64,000 nt of DNA from Candidatus Latescibacterota bacterium (lineage in GTDB: Bacteria; Latescibacterota; UBA2968; GCA-2709665), in the NCBI GenBank assembly GCA_965116875.1, contig OZ220733.1, positions 992,001 through 1,056,000 on the forward strand, read 5' to 3'. The notes under the pieces were generated by a model. It saw only the letters and a program-made list of their open reading frames with translations, had not been told where the DNA came from and ran no database searches. This document shows positions 42,468 to 52,680 of this stretch, piece by piece (the stretch's first letter is position 1; each line of letters starts with the position of its first letter). The position numbers were made by a program, and so were the translations under genes.

Positions 42468-43316
42468 TTATGACGGAAGGGGGCGCCTTTGGACATGCTC
42501 CGTGCCTGCGTTTGTTTCGACCTGCCCGCCTCTGCTTCCCGCCGCTTTCTTGAACCACCACAGTCCGATCAGGGCAAGGGAGACGCCGCAAACGTGCAGC
42601 CACCACGGAAGCAGCGTCCCGACGCTGATATGGTCTCTGGGTCCGAAAACCCCCAGATGTGCGGCCGTCACGATCAGGAAATTGTTCAGCGCGTGTCCCG
42701 CGATCGCCGGAAGCAGAGAGCCGGTCTGGACGACCCACAATGCGAATACGAGCCCCAATATCAGAGCGGTCGGATATTGCCATGGGTTCAGGTGCGATAC
42801 GGCGAACAGCAGTGACGACCAGACGATCGCACGGCTCCGCGTTCGGTTGGCAAGAAGGCCCCCCAGTATAACCCCCCTGAAGAAGACTTCCTTCGCAAGA
42901 GGCGCCTGTACCACCATGGCGTAAAACGTGAACGCGTACGGCGTCTCCCGCCGCGCCGTTCCCCCGAACAAATTCCGGACGTTTTCGGACACCGGAATCA
43001 GTTGCCGGAACAGGTTTCCCAGGTCCGAGCCTACAATTGCGACTCCAACAATACACACGCCGAGCGGCAGGTAGAGGCGCCACGAAACCGGATTGAGGAG
43101 CAGGATGTCGGACCACGTCCGGTCGGTTCGGCGGTACGCGTACATGACCGACAAAATGAAACCGGCCAATATCATAAACTGAATTACGTAGGGACTCTTG
43201 AGCAAGGACCGGTCTAGAATGGCGCCAAGAATGCCAAACGGCAGTGCCACCACAAGGGAGAACAGGAAGAACAGCACGACCAGCCACACGGACTGCCTCA
43301 GATTCGGATACGGCAT
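42468..43316 (-). CDS. CPBP/Abi intramembrane metalloprotease, paralog 2 (EE changed to KE)
   Basis: APLAKEVFFRG, FAVSH, GHALNN; GGAGGG RBS before ATG 43316. Confidence 0.88.
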   Translation of the reverse strand: MPYPNLRQSVWLVVLFFLFSLVVALPFGILGAILDRSLLKSPYVIQFMILAGFILSVMYAYRRTDRTWSDILLLNPVSWRLYLPLGVCIVGVAIVGSDLGNLFRQLIPVSENVRNLFGGTARRETPYAFTFYAMVVQAPLAKEVFFRGVILGGLLANRTRSRAIVWSSLLFAVSHLNPWQYPTALILGLVFALWVVQTGSLLPAIAGHALNNFLIVTAAHLGVFGPRDHISVGTLLPWWLHVCGVSLALIGLWWFKKAAGSRGGQVETNAGTEHVQRRPLPS

Positions 43317-44264
43317 GTAATCCCTCCCGTATTGAATCGTTTGGACGACAGTACATCCGGAGACCCGCATTCCGGCGCCCGCCGCGATTTCGTTGTGCTC
43401 ATGACTTCGGCAAATCCTGCCACAATCGCAATCAGTGTCCTGCTGATTTGCCGCGCAATCCAGGTCAATACGCAAAATACGAGCCAAACTCGAACCAACG
43501 AATAACCCGATGTATATACGGGACTTAATTGAGATCGCGCGGCGAGTTGGAAAGTAGCGGACGTGTAGCAAAATGCGCCTGACCGCCCTATGGAGAGTTC
43601 CTCCCCCGCAAACGGAAGCACGATATTGGTTTATTCCTGCGGTGTTTTTGGACGCGAAGCGAACGGTCTGTCTGCAAATGACGTATTCTGCGTCGCATGG
43701 CGCGTTTTGCGACATCTGGCGACGGCCGAATGTGCGCGACGTCGTCCACCGAAGGCAACTGCCTGACCCGGCGTTGGAGTGCGCCGGCACACGATGGATG
43801 TTGAGGAGGACCATCAGGGAAGGGCACAAAAAATCCCGCTCCATCCCTTGCCGTTCAGTGATGCGCACCTTAGCGGCACCCCGGTTAAAGGGTGCCGGGC
43901 AGTGTCACCACTCACGCAGCTTTTAGGATGCGGGAAGGTCCTACGTATTCACCGGGGACAAGGGAGCTACCCCTGCCCCTGAATGTCGGCTATTGTATTC
44001 GGTAGGCTACCCGACATACGGGTACTGCCCGAGTGGTGACAAACCAAATATAGTTTCCGCTTTCGTGAATGACAAGGGCTAATTTGCGTCTTCAAAAAAT
44101 CTACGAGACCTGCGAGGCGCGATGTCGTGTGCCCGTCGGAAGCCGGTACATTGCAATGGTCGCCGGCTGCGGCGAAATACGCGAACCGGAGAACTGAAGT
44201 CGTGCCAGAATTGCTGATTGGCCGGTACTGGTGCATCGTGGCGGCACCAGCCTCCGTCTCGCGT

Positions 44265-45083
44265 CTACTCCCGGTTCTTCTTCGCGGTTTCCCAGATCGG
44301 GTAGTGGATTTCCGCCCGCTGATACTCACTCTGCAGCCACTGGCTGAACAGCGTATCGCGGATCTCGTTTGATACGCGATCGTCAAGGATTGCCGGAAAG
44401 TTCCGCTGCAGCATATACAACGCAAAACCGCCCGATGCCTTTTCGGGTCCGAAGACTTCACCCGGTGCGGCGGCGAAGAGGCGCGCCGCAATCCCCCTGG
44501 GCAACTGCCCGCGTCGGACTCGCCCGACAAAACCGCCGGACGGACCCGTGCGTTCATCCTGTGAGAATTCGCGGGCCATTCTGCAAAAATCAGCGCCTTC
44601 TTCTCTGGCCTGAAGCCCGATTTCGTCCATCACGCCCTTGTCACGGTGGAAAATCCAGCAGACTTCCGCCTCGTCGAAATCCAGCTTGTGTTGCGCGAAA
44701 TAGGGTTCGATCCTTCCGTCCACGACCTTGTCGGACAACGCGCGCTCCAACCGTTTCACCTGGGCGTCTTCCGCGACGTCCGCCAGGGTAATGCCCCGGG
44801 ACCGGAGCCACGCTTCTGTGTCTTCAACCCGTTCCAGCCGATGTCTATAGCGCCAGTCGTCCACGTCGCGCTGGATGTCTTCCGGCTTCACGCGGATGCC
44901 TTCCCGGACTGCAAGCTGGCGCACCAGTTCTCTGCGCGCGAATTCACCGAAGAAATCGAGTTTGTCGGCGACCCCCAGTTCACGGACGACCTGACTCAGC
45001 GACACGCCGGCGCCATTGACCTGGACGAGCGTGGTTTCCCGGGACGGAGTTGGGTTCCCGCCTTCCGCGCGAGGACTCATCAC
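44265..45083 (-). CDS. Parvulin/PpiC-like peptidylprolyl isomerase or chaperone linked to a peptide exporter
   Basis: F..MAREFSQD....SGGFVG, LFAAAPGEVFGP; start overlaps the HlyD stop. Confidence 0.82.
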   Translation of the reverse strand: MMSPRAEGGNPTPSRETTLVQVNGAGVSLSQVVRELGVADKLDFFGEFARRELVRQLAVREGIRVKPEDIQRDVDDWRYRHRLERVEDTEAWLRSRGITLADVAEDAQVKRLERALSDKVVDGRIEPYFAQHKLDFDEAEVCWIFHRDKGVMDEIGLQAREEGADFCRMAREFSQDERTGPSGGFVGRVRRGQLPRGIAARLFAAAPGEVFGPEKASGGFALYMLQRNFPAILDDRVSNEIRDTLFSQWLQSEYQRAEIHYPIWETAKKNRE

Positions 45084-46480
45084 GAGTCCTCCGGCTGAGC
45101 CGTCACCGCCCTGATGGCGTCGTACGTTGCTGATTCATAAAGCCTCCGCAGAGGACTCAGAAGCATCAGCAGGACGGATTGGCGGTCCGTCATGATCTCA
45201 GCGGTACCTTTCATGCCGAACAGGAGCGGCTTCTCCCGCCCCTTTACGTCCACGGTGGTTTCTTCCAATTCAACGACACCCCTGAAAACCGGTCCGACCG
45301 TCTCATCGATGACGGCATCCGGCGAGATCTGTTTGAGCCACCCGCGTTTGATTCCGAAATCCTGGAACGCGAAGGCGTCGTATTTCAGTTTCACGATCTG
45401 ACCCGGTTTCAGCATGCCCACGTCCTTGTTCAATACCGTGAGTTCGGCGACGATCGGGGCGGACGCCGGCGCTACCGAAACCAGCGCCTGCCCCTTGCTG
45501 ACGACCTGTCCGAGCGCATTCACCTCCACCCGCGTCACAATGCCGGATTCCGGCGCCAGTATGAGGTCAGACTCCGCTTCCAGCCGGCGGTCGACGCGTT
45601 TGCGCGCCTGTTCCAGTCTCAATCGCGCATTTTCGTACGCGTGTTTCATCTGTGACGCCTCGCGGCCATGCGCGATTCGCGTCTCCAGAATCTGACGCTT
45701 GAGGTCCTGGACGGCCGTCTCGTTCCTGTAGATTTCCGACATTCGTCCCGGAAGCGCCGCGAGTGCGCTCAGGTACCGTACACGCGCCTGATTGATATCC
45801 ACCCGGCTGATCAGTTTTCTCTGGAACAGCATCTTCTGCTGAAGATAGTCCTGCTTCAAATGATCGATTTCCGCCTGCCTGAAGCCGATCTGCGCCTGCA
45901 GTTCCGCCTCGGAATCGTTCCTTCCGGATCCTTCGGCATCACCCGCATCGTCATGGTAATCCCTGAGGGCGTTCTGATGCGCCGCCATGAACCGCTGCAG
46001 AACAGCCAGTCTCTTTTCGAGCGACGCGATCGTCTCCCGGTTCAATTCAGACTTCCGGGGCAAAACCTGATTGAAGTCGTACCCGGCCTGCTGATACGCC
46101 ATTTCCGCCTGTTCCAGTTCTCGAAGGTCTCCCCATGTTTCCCACGACTTCAGCTTGAACAGCAACTGGCCTTCTTCGATCCGATCGCCCTCGCTGACAC
46201 CGATGTGCTCGATCTCGCCGCCGCGACGCGCCTGCAACGTCTTCACCTTACCCAGGGGCACAAGTTGAAACGGCGCCGACGCCACAACGTCCACCTTGCC
46301 CCACCACGCCCAGACCACCGCGATCCCGACAAACAGAAGCACGACGTAGAGCAGCGCCCGCCCCCAGAACGGCCTCAGCGAACCGAAAAACGCCTGCATC
46401 TCCTCCGAGGCGTGCTCCCGCGCGGGCAGATGCATCGGTGACGACGCTCCCGACGATTCCGATTGTTGCGGTTCCGCCAT
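45080..46480 (-). CDS. HlyD family membrane-fusion (type I secretion adaptor) protein
   Basis: N-terminal TM, VSEGDRIEEGQLL lipoyl half, coiled coil, APESGIV, KDVGMLKPGQ.VKLKYDAF.FQ.FG, GM.GTAEI. Confidence 0.92.
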   Translation of the reverse strand: MAEPQQSESSGASSPMHLPAREHASEEMQAFFGSLRPFWGRALLYVVLLFVGIAVVWAWWGKVDVVASAPFQLVPLGKVKTLQARRGGEIEHIGVSEGDRIEEGQLLFKLKSWETWGDLRELEQAEMAYQQAGYDFNQVLPRKSELNRETIASLEKRLAVLQRFMAAHQNALRDYHDDAGDAEGSGRNDSEAELQAQIGFRQAEIDHLKQDYLQQKMLFQRKLISRVDINQARVRYLSALAALPGRMSEIYRNETAVQDLKRQILETRIAHGREASQMKHAYENARLRLEQARKRVDRRLEAESDLILAPESGIVTRVEVNALGQVVSKGQALVSVAPASAPIVAELTVLNKDVGMLKPGQIVKLKYDAFAFQDFGIKRGWLKQISPDAVIDETVGPVFRGVVELEETTVDVKGREKPLLFGMKGTAEIMTDRQSVLLMLLSPLRRLYESATYDAIRAVTAQPEDS

Positions 46481-46507
46481 CCGATCGGCTCCTCGTCAAC
46501 CCCAGGT

Positions 46508-49500
46508 TCATGTCAATTGCAACTGCTGGCTGCACATGTGATAGTAGAGACCCCGGCGAAGCATCAGTTCTTCGTGCGTGCCGGTGTCGAGAATATGGCC
46601 CTTTTCCATTACGAGAATCGTGTCCGCGTCCCTCACCGTGCTCAGGCGATGGGCGATTACCAGGGACGTGCGGTTTTCCAGGAATAGCGCCAGATTGGAC
46701 TGGATGGCGGCCTCCGAGTCCGTATCCAGCGCATTTGTCGCTTCGTCGAAAATTAGGATTCCCGGATCGCGATACAACGCGCGCGCGATCGCGACCCGTT
46801 GGCGCTGCCCGCCGGACAATCCGATTCCCTGTTCGCCCACCTTCGTCTCGTATCCCAGGGGCATCTCGTTTACGAAGTCGTGGACACATGCCAATTTCGC
46901 AACTTCCAGGAGGCGGTCCATATTCGCGTCCGATTCTCCAACCGCGATGTTCTCGGCAATGGTTCCGCTGAAGAGAAAGGAGTCCTGCATGACCATGCCC
47001 ACCTGGCGGCGCAGCCAGTGAGGGTCGAAGTCGCGCACGTCCATCTCGTCCAGCAGCACACGGCCTTCCGTGGGATCGAAGAGGCGGGGCACGAGCTTGA
47101 CGAGCGTGGTCTTTCCGGCGCCGCTGCGTCCCACGATGGCGACCTTGTGTCCGGGCTTCAGTTCCAGGTCGATGTTGTTCAACACGTAGGGTTCATCGGT
47201 TCCGACGCCGTACCTGAAGAACACGTTCTCGAAGACCAGACGTCCTTCAACCTGCTTCAGTCTCAGGCCGTGTCCGCTCTGGCGCGCACTCTCCATCTTC
47301 GAGTCATAGACGTCATTCAGCCGGTCCAGGGCGACCCGGGCCTCCTGAACCTCGGGCCACACGCCGATCAAACCCATAATGGGGCCCATCACGTTGCCGA
47401 TGAGGGCGTTGAACGCCATCAATTGACCGACCGACAACTCACCGGCGATAACCAGGGAAGCGCCATACCACAGAATCACCGTGGAACTCAGCAGATTGAT
47501 CATGCTTCCGCCCGCGCCGAACAGCATCTCCATTTTCAATCGTCGGAATCCGATCTGGATTTCCCGGGTAAACTTGCCCTCCCACTGCCATCTCGTTACC
47601 CGTTCGACCGCTTCGGCTTTCACAACGTCGATCCCGTGCAGCGAATCGATCAGGACGGAGGACTGTTCAGCGCGGGCGAGAAATGCCCGCTGGCTGAAGG
47701 ACTTCAGGATCGGGGTATAGATCAGCGTCAGCCCGACGGAGAGCGGCACGAAGATCAACATCACGAGCGTCAACTCCCAGTTGTAGTAGAACATCAGTCC
47801 GAGATAGACGAACAACATGATAAAATCGAGTATCGCCGAAATGGTCGTGTCGGTGAACAGCCGCTGGATCGTCGCGTTTTCCTTGAATCGTGTGGTCAGA
47901 TCGCCGGTGCGGCGCAACGCGAAGAAGCGCATGGACAGGCCCAGCAGATGGCGGTAGAACCGGGACAGCATGGTGAGGCTCAGCCTGGCGCTGATATATC
48001 CGATCAGATACGCGCGCAGCGTCGAGGTACCCATCTGGAAGAGCGCGACGACGACCATACCCGCCAGCATCAGGTTCAAAAGGTCCTCGTCGTGATGCAC
48101 CAGCACCTGATCGACGATCGTCTGCGTGAAGACCGGCGAGGCGAGGCCGAACAGGCTGAGTACCAGGGACGCCAGCAGGACCTCGACCAGAATGGCCGTA
48201 TAGGGCTTTATCAGCGGCAAGAAACGCTTGAAGGAAGACCTTGAGGGTTCGTTCTCCGCCACCTGATCCGTGTATTCCAGGAGCAACGCCATATTGGTCC
48301 AGCTCTTCTCGAACTCCCCCCGCGCCATCCTGCGAACGCCCAAGCCGGGATCCGCGATTCTCACGTCTTTCCTGTTGATCTCGTACAATACCACGAAGTG
48401 ATTGCCTTCCCAGTGCAGAATCGCCGGAAGTCCGGTCCTCATCAGCGCTTCATAACCCGTGCGCACGCCCCGGGTGACGAATCCCAGCGTCTCCGCCGCC
48501 TCGGCCAATGCCGCCATAGATGTACCTTCCCGCGACACGTTGCACATATCGCGCAGCCGGTTCAACCCGATCGGCATCTTGTAATACTTGCAGATCATCC
48601 CCAGACACGCTGCCCCGCAGTCGGACTGATCGTGCTGCTTCAGGAACGGAAAACGAAAGGACGTCGATGTTCTGTGTTGCGCTTCAGACGTCCCGGTATT
48701 CGGGACGTCGTTTGTGGCGCCATTCGCCGCAACGGCGTTGTTCACCGCCGCCGTTTCCGCGTGGACGTGAATTCCGTCCGATTCAATCTCGCGGGACAGC
48801 GACCTTTCCGATCCAGGTTCCTGGTACAACCGGCTGGCTTTCTCTCTCAAGGGGGTTAATGCAAGGATCGATTGATTCAGGCCTTCCAGGTCGGGCTTTT
48901 CCAAAAGGTAGATAACGCTATTGACCCGGCTTCGGATCGTCCGTGACTCGCCACCTGAAGAGTCTGTCTCTTCGAAAAAATCCCCCGCGTCCAGAGAATG
49001 CGTGCTTCCGTCCTTGAGAATCACGTCCAACCCGCCGCTGCCCACCACGCAGAAACGCCCGCTCGAATGACCTGATTGCGTGAACGACGCGCCCTCGGCG
49101 ACCTCCTCTCGCTTCAGACGTTGGAACAACTCCCGCATCTCATCTCCGGAAACGGAGCCCTTCAGAAACCTCGTGAAATCCCGATACGCGATATTCGCAA
49201 CCTGATCCTGCAGATGGGCCCCCAGCTCCGGCTCTTTCTTCAATACGTTGAAGAAATCATCCTGCGTCACCCTCAGCACCACGGTGTCCTCCGCGGCTCG
49301 CACCGCAGCCCGATGGCCCTGCTCCGTCAACAGCGCCCCCTCGCCAAAGTGGTCGCCGGCGTACAAGAAGCCCGCGGTTTCAGGCTGGGCATTCGTATTC
49401 CGTTTGATCACTCGCAGCCGGCCGGATTCTACCAGGTAGAACGCATCGCCAGGCGCGCCCTGTTCAATGACAACCTCTCCGAAGCGAAACCGCACGGATT

Positions 49501-49543
49501 CCGGCTGATTCGACGACTGAGAAAAGTAGCTGAAGACGTCCAT
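46508..49543 (-). CDS. Peptidase-containing ABC transporter (cNMP-binding x2 + C39 peptidase + TMD + NBD)
   Basis: cNMP domain (GD.FY..GRL..GDHFGE..R), C39 QHDQSDCGAACL and HWEGNHFVV (catalytic Cys/His intact), GRSGAGKTT, LSGGQRQR, IFDEAT, IAHRLST. Confidence 0.95.
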   Translation of the reverse strand: MDVFSYFSQSSNQPESVRFRFGEVVIEQGAPGDAFYLVESGRLRVIKRNTNAQPETAGFLYAGDHFGEGALLTEQGHRAAVRAAEDTVVLRVTQDDFFNVLKKEPELGAHLQDQVANIAYRDFTRFLKGSVSGDEMRELFQRLKREEVAEGASFTQSGHSSGRFCVVGSGGLDVILKDGSTHSLDAGDFFEETDSSGGESRTIRSRVNSVIYLLEKPDLEGLNQSILALTPLREKASRLYQEPGSERSLSREIESDGIHVHAETAAVNNAVAANGATNDVPNTGTSEAQHRTSTSFRFPFLKQHDQSDCGAACLGMICKYYKMPIGLNRLRDMCNVSREGTSMAALAEAAETLGFVTRGVRTGYEALMRTGLPAILHWEGNHFVVLYEINRKDVRIADPGLGVRRMARGEFEKSWTNMALLLEYTDQVAENEPSRSSFKRFLPLIKPYTAILVEVLLASLVLSLFGLASPVFTQTIVDQVLVHHDEDLLNLMLAGMVVVALFQMGTSTLRAYLIGYISARLSLTMLSRFYRHLLGLSMRFFALRRTGDLTTRFKENATIQRLFTDTTISAILDFIMLFVYLGLMFYYNWELTLVMLIFVPLSVGLTLIYTPILKSFSQRAFLARAEQSSVLIDSLHGIDVVKAEAVERVTRWQWEGKFTREIQIGFRRLKMEMLFGAGGSMINLLSSTVILWYGASLVIAGELSVGQLMAFNALIGNVMGPIMGLIGVWPEVQEARVALDRLNDVYDSKMESARQSGHGLRLKQVEGRLVFENVFFRYGVGTDEPYVLNNIDLELKPGHKVAIVGRSGAGKTTLVKLVPRLFDPTEGRVLLDEMDVRDFDPHWLRRQVGMVMQDSFLFSGTIAENIAVGESDANMDRLLEVAKLACVHDFVNEMPLGYETKVGEQGIGLSGGQRQRVAIARALYRDPGILIFDEATNALDTDSEAAIQSNLALFLENRTSLVIAHRLSTVRDADTILVMEKGHILDTGTHEELMLRRGLYYHMCSQQLQLT

Positions 49544-49733
49544 GGTTTCGTTCCGGTTTATGGCGGAATTATTCCATTGTCAGGTTGTAGACCCGTGTCC
49601 GACGAGACGCGGTTCGCTAATCATCGATGATGCTTCCGGTCGGGACCGCCAGGCTTTTAGTCGCGGACGGGTAGTCCCGGATCTTGCCCCGAATTGTCAT
49701 CTGCGGGCAACAAACACGTCTATTTTATCGGTA

Positions 49734-49753
49734 ATATACTATATATAGTATAT
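49734..49753. promoter_or_regulatory. Perfect 20-bp palindrome, candidate operator of the exporter operon
   Basis: ATATACTATATATAGTATAT equals its own reverse complement; about 190 bp upstream of the transporter start. Confidence 0.55.
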
Positions 49754-50002
49754 ACAGTCGCATTCGTGCCCGAGTGTTATCCCGAAGAGAGTCCCCCTGA
49801 CCGATGTGACTGCGGCCAAGGCATGAGCAACCGTTCAGTCCCTACACTGCGTCCGACACGGCATCCGAGGGAAGGGCCAGGCCCTCGGAAACACGTTGCT
49901 CGTTCTGCGGAACCCGGGCAAACCAGCACAGTCCAAGTGCAGCAAGAGCTACCCCCGATGCACTCCACCACCAGGGATTGAACGCAACTTCGTTAAGGTC
50001 TC

Positions 50003-50017
50003 CTGAAATGTCCTGAT
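50003..50017. repeat. 15-bp direct repeat, copy 1
   Basis: CTGAAATGTCCTGAT, identical to 55044..55058. Confidence 0.8.
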
Positions 50018-50059
50018 GTCGCGTGTAAAAGTGCAGAATAATCGTGGCGATGAGGTTGT

Positions 50060-50680
50060 TTAGTACGTTCCGGCATGATCTTTCCTGGAATCATTTCGGA
50101 TCGTTAAGCTACTTCGCTCCGGCGGAGATTGCCCTTCCGGCCAGACAAAGCAACCAATTTCCGATGGGTGATCCTGAACCCACAGGTCGACGGGGAAATT
50201 CCGGATCTTGAAATCAATCAAGACATCCCCCGCACATGCAGAAAAACTTAAACTGAAGAGCAAAAGTGTCCATAAAGACGGGTACAACAGAAGGAAGAGA
50301 CCGGCAACCGGCACTGTGACCGCGAGAGGCAACAGCAGCAATCTACGAAAAGCGCCAATCCTCATCGGGCTCGAGCAATGACAATAGGCAACAAGCCATT
50401 TCAAATTGAATCCGAAACGAATCGAACTGAATGGCGCCTTGCCCCAAAGCAATGCGGCCAGGGCATGCAACGCTTCGTGGCCAACCGCCAGCAAGACGAG
50501 ACTTCCCAGAAACACCCACAGATTGAAATTGGCCGCCCGGAGGTCGACATTCCATCCGGACAAGCACCAGTGCACCACAAGGACTGCGTTGACCGCAACA
50601 AAAAACATCACGAGCGAAAGAACAAACATCGCAAGCGCGCCTGTGCGGATCGTGAGGATCTCCTGGGAATCTTTATTCAT
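50060..50680 (-). CDS. DUF3267 putative zincin membrane metalloprotease, paralog 1
   Basis: HEALH, FGFN....AYCHC, AGD, QDHPSEIG. Confidence 0.85.
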   Translation of the reverse strand: MNKDSQEILTIRTGALAMFVLSLVMFFVAVNAVLVVHWCLSGWNVDLRAANFNLWVFLGSLVLLAVGHEALHALAALLWGKAPFSSIRFGFNLKWLVAYCHCSSPMRIGAFRRLLLLPLAVTVPVAGLFLLLYPSLWTLLLFSLSFSACAGDVLIDFKIRNFPVDLWVQDHPSEIGCFVWPEGQSPPERSSLTIRNDSRKDHAGTY

Positions 50681-50821
50681 GATCTCTTGTGAACACATTT
50701 CGATTATTCAAGCCGGCGCAATGTATCGTGGAGCTACAAATATCGAACGTCCTTTGGAAGTCATCGATGTTCGTTTAATGCGCCTGCCGGATCCACCTGT
50801 CGCGGGTTCGCATACGAACGT

Positions 50822-51634
50822 CTAGCGTGCGGGCGTCTCCCCTGCGGGAAACATGGTGAAACCCACCTCTGACGAATGATCCTGAATCCAACTGTCATTG
50901 TCATATCTGCGAGCCTTTGAATAAACCATGACATCTCCCGCGCCTCCGGCAAACGTGGCACTCAACAGGAAAAGCGACCAGAGCGCGGGGTCCCACAGCA
51001 GCACCAATACCGCAATCGGCGTGGTTACGATCATCGGCAAGACTGCGAATACCCGGAAAGCGCTTAGTGTCATCGGTTTGTCAGCGTGGCAATATAAGGC
51101 CATTAATCGTGTGTTGATCCCAAAGTGCAGTGACCTGAATGGTATTTTTCCCCACGCCATCGCGGCAAGACCGTGAAGCGCTTCGTGTGCAATATAGATA
51201 GCGAGAAGGAGTCCTACGAATTTGATGAATCCTCCGAACGATAGTCGTAAATCAAGATCCCACGAAGAAAAGAATCCAACCAACAGGATTGTCATTGCGG
51301 CAAGACAGAACATTAGGGCCGACAATGCGTGTACTTCCTCTTTATCGAATATCACTTCATGAGATTTCAGGCCAACACCGCCGTTGGTGTGTTCGGTATC
51401 CGGCTTTAGCAGTCCACAGACTGCGGACACCATTCCCGCTGCAGTTTCATAGAACTTTCTTCGGAAGATTATAAATGAGATTGCCTGAACAACCAGGACC
51501 GCCATCAGGACCGCAAGACCGATTTGAATGACGTATCTGAGAATCAGCAAGACAGGCGCAACGGAAAATAACACGTACGCTATGGCAGCGAGAACCCAAC
51601 CTCTCCACGTTCGTGTGTGGAGGATGTCGGTCAT
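50822..51634 (-). CDS. DUF3267 putative zincin membrane metalloprotease, paralog 2 (extra N-terminal TMs)
   Basis: HEALH, FGIN....LYCHA, AGD, QDHSSEVG; AGGAGG RBS before ATG 51634. Confidence 0.85.
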   Translation of the reverse strand: MTDILHTRTWRGWVLAAIAYVLFSVAPVLLILRYVIQIGLAVLMAVLVVQAISFIIFRRKFYETAAGMVSAVCGLLKPDTEHTNGGVGLKSHEVIFDKEEVHALSALMFCLAAMTILLVGFFSSWDLDLRLSFGGFIKFVGLLLAIYIAHEALHGLAAMAWGKIPFRSLHFGINTRLMALYCHADKPMTLSAFRVFAVLPMIVTTPIAVLVLLWDPALWSLFLLSATFAGGAGDVMVYSKARRYDNDSWIQDHSSEVGFTMFPAGETPAR

Positions 51635-51732
51635 CCGGGACCTCCTTTTCGCATGAATGCCCCTTATCTGAGGGGCAGGAACCTGTATTGTAATTTGTTC
51701 GCGGCGTAATTTCAAGAACCGTCGAACAACGG

Positions 51733-52587
51733 CTATTCACCTTCTCCTGGCGTATCTGTTGTCACAATCGCATCGGGGTCGGCTGATTGAGTACCGGTCG
51801 AAATCTGGTGAAACCACCAGAGTCCAAGCGCAGCCAATAACACGCCACCACCTGTCCACCACCACGGATTGAAGACCACGACATTGAAATCTTCTGCTAC
51901 TATGAAATATGGTATTTCGAAGTGCAAAGTCGTGACGCCGATGAAATTGTTCAATGCGTGACCGAAAAGTGCGGGCCACAAAGATCCCGTCCGGAAATAC
52001 CACCAGGCGAATACGAACCCGTACAAGAGGGCCGGAGGAAACTGCCACGGGTTCAGATGCCCCACGCCGAAGAGAAGCGCCGACCAGGCCATGGCCCTGT
52101 TCCCGGAATAGCGGACCAGCAGACCGCCGAATATCACACCTCTGTATAGAAACTCTTCGACGGACGGCGCGACAAACACGGCCCGAAAAACAGCTGAGGA
52201 ATAAGATGTCTTGCGCCCGAACTCCGAATTGAAAACGTCCTGGACGAAATCAGGCATAGGAACCAAGTGAATCACCACTTTATCCAATTCAAACAGAACC
52301 ATCCCGAGACCGACGACCGAGATTGCCACACATGGCCACACACGCGAATCGAAGTTCGTGTTCAGCAATAGTGATGCGTCTCTCCAAGTTCGATCCGTGC
52401 AACGGAAAACGTAGTGCAAGAAGAAAAAGTACACCGCCAGAATTAATATCCCTGTCAAGAGGTTTTCGTGTCGAAAACTCTCGCCGAGGATGGTTTGTAC
52501 AGCGTAGATGATTAATCCCAAAACCGATTGTGTTAACCAGAACAAAACCACCAACCAGATCGACTGCCTAAGGTTTGGATACGTCAT
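51733..52587 (-). CDS. CPBP/Abi intramembrane metalloprotease, paralog 3
   Basis: APSVEEFLYRG, FGVGH, GHALNN; same MxYPNLRQSxWLVVL start as paralogs 1 and 2. Confidence 0.9.
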   Translation of the reverse strand: MTYPNLRQSIWLVVLFWLTQSVLGLIIYAVQTILGESFRHENLLTGILILAVYFFFLHYVFRCTDRTWRDASLLLNTNFDSRVWPCVAISVVGLGMVLFELDKVVIHLVPMPDFVQDVFNSEFGRKTSYSSAVFRAVFVAPSVEEFLYRGVIFGGLLVRYSGNRAMAWSALLFGVGHLNPWQFPPALLYGFVFAWWYFRTGSLWPALFGHALNNFIGVTTLHFEIPYFIVAEDFNVVVFNPWWWTGGGVLLAALGLWWFHQISTGTQSADPDAIVTTDTPGEGE

Positions 52588-52680
52588 CGAACTCTCGCTA
52601 GTATTTTTTCGTTTAGCTGATCGTCGTCCGCACGTTCAAACATGTCACCTCCCGGTTCCATTCTATAGTGTCAGGCTGTC

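Noticed and set aside
43317-43868. N-terminal extension of CPBP paralog 2
   Set aside because: The paralogs begin at MxYPNL, and there is a good RBS before ATG 43316.
46799-48244. Long antisense ORFs (also 10403..11689, 19476..20735, 34351..35637, 36696..37859)
   Set aside because: Shadow frames of well-supported genes, expected in high-GC DNA, with no recognisable motifs.
49777-49971. Cys-rich 64-aa ORF as a fifth precursor
   Set aside because: No RBS, no LP-x15-GG leader, and its GG pairs are at unsuitable positions.
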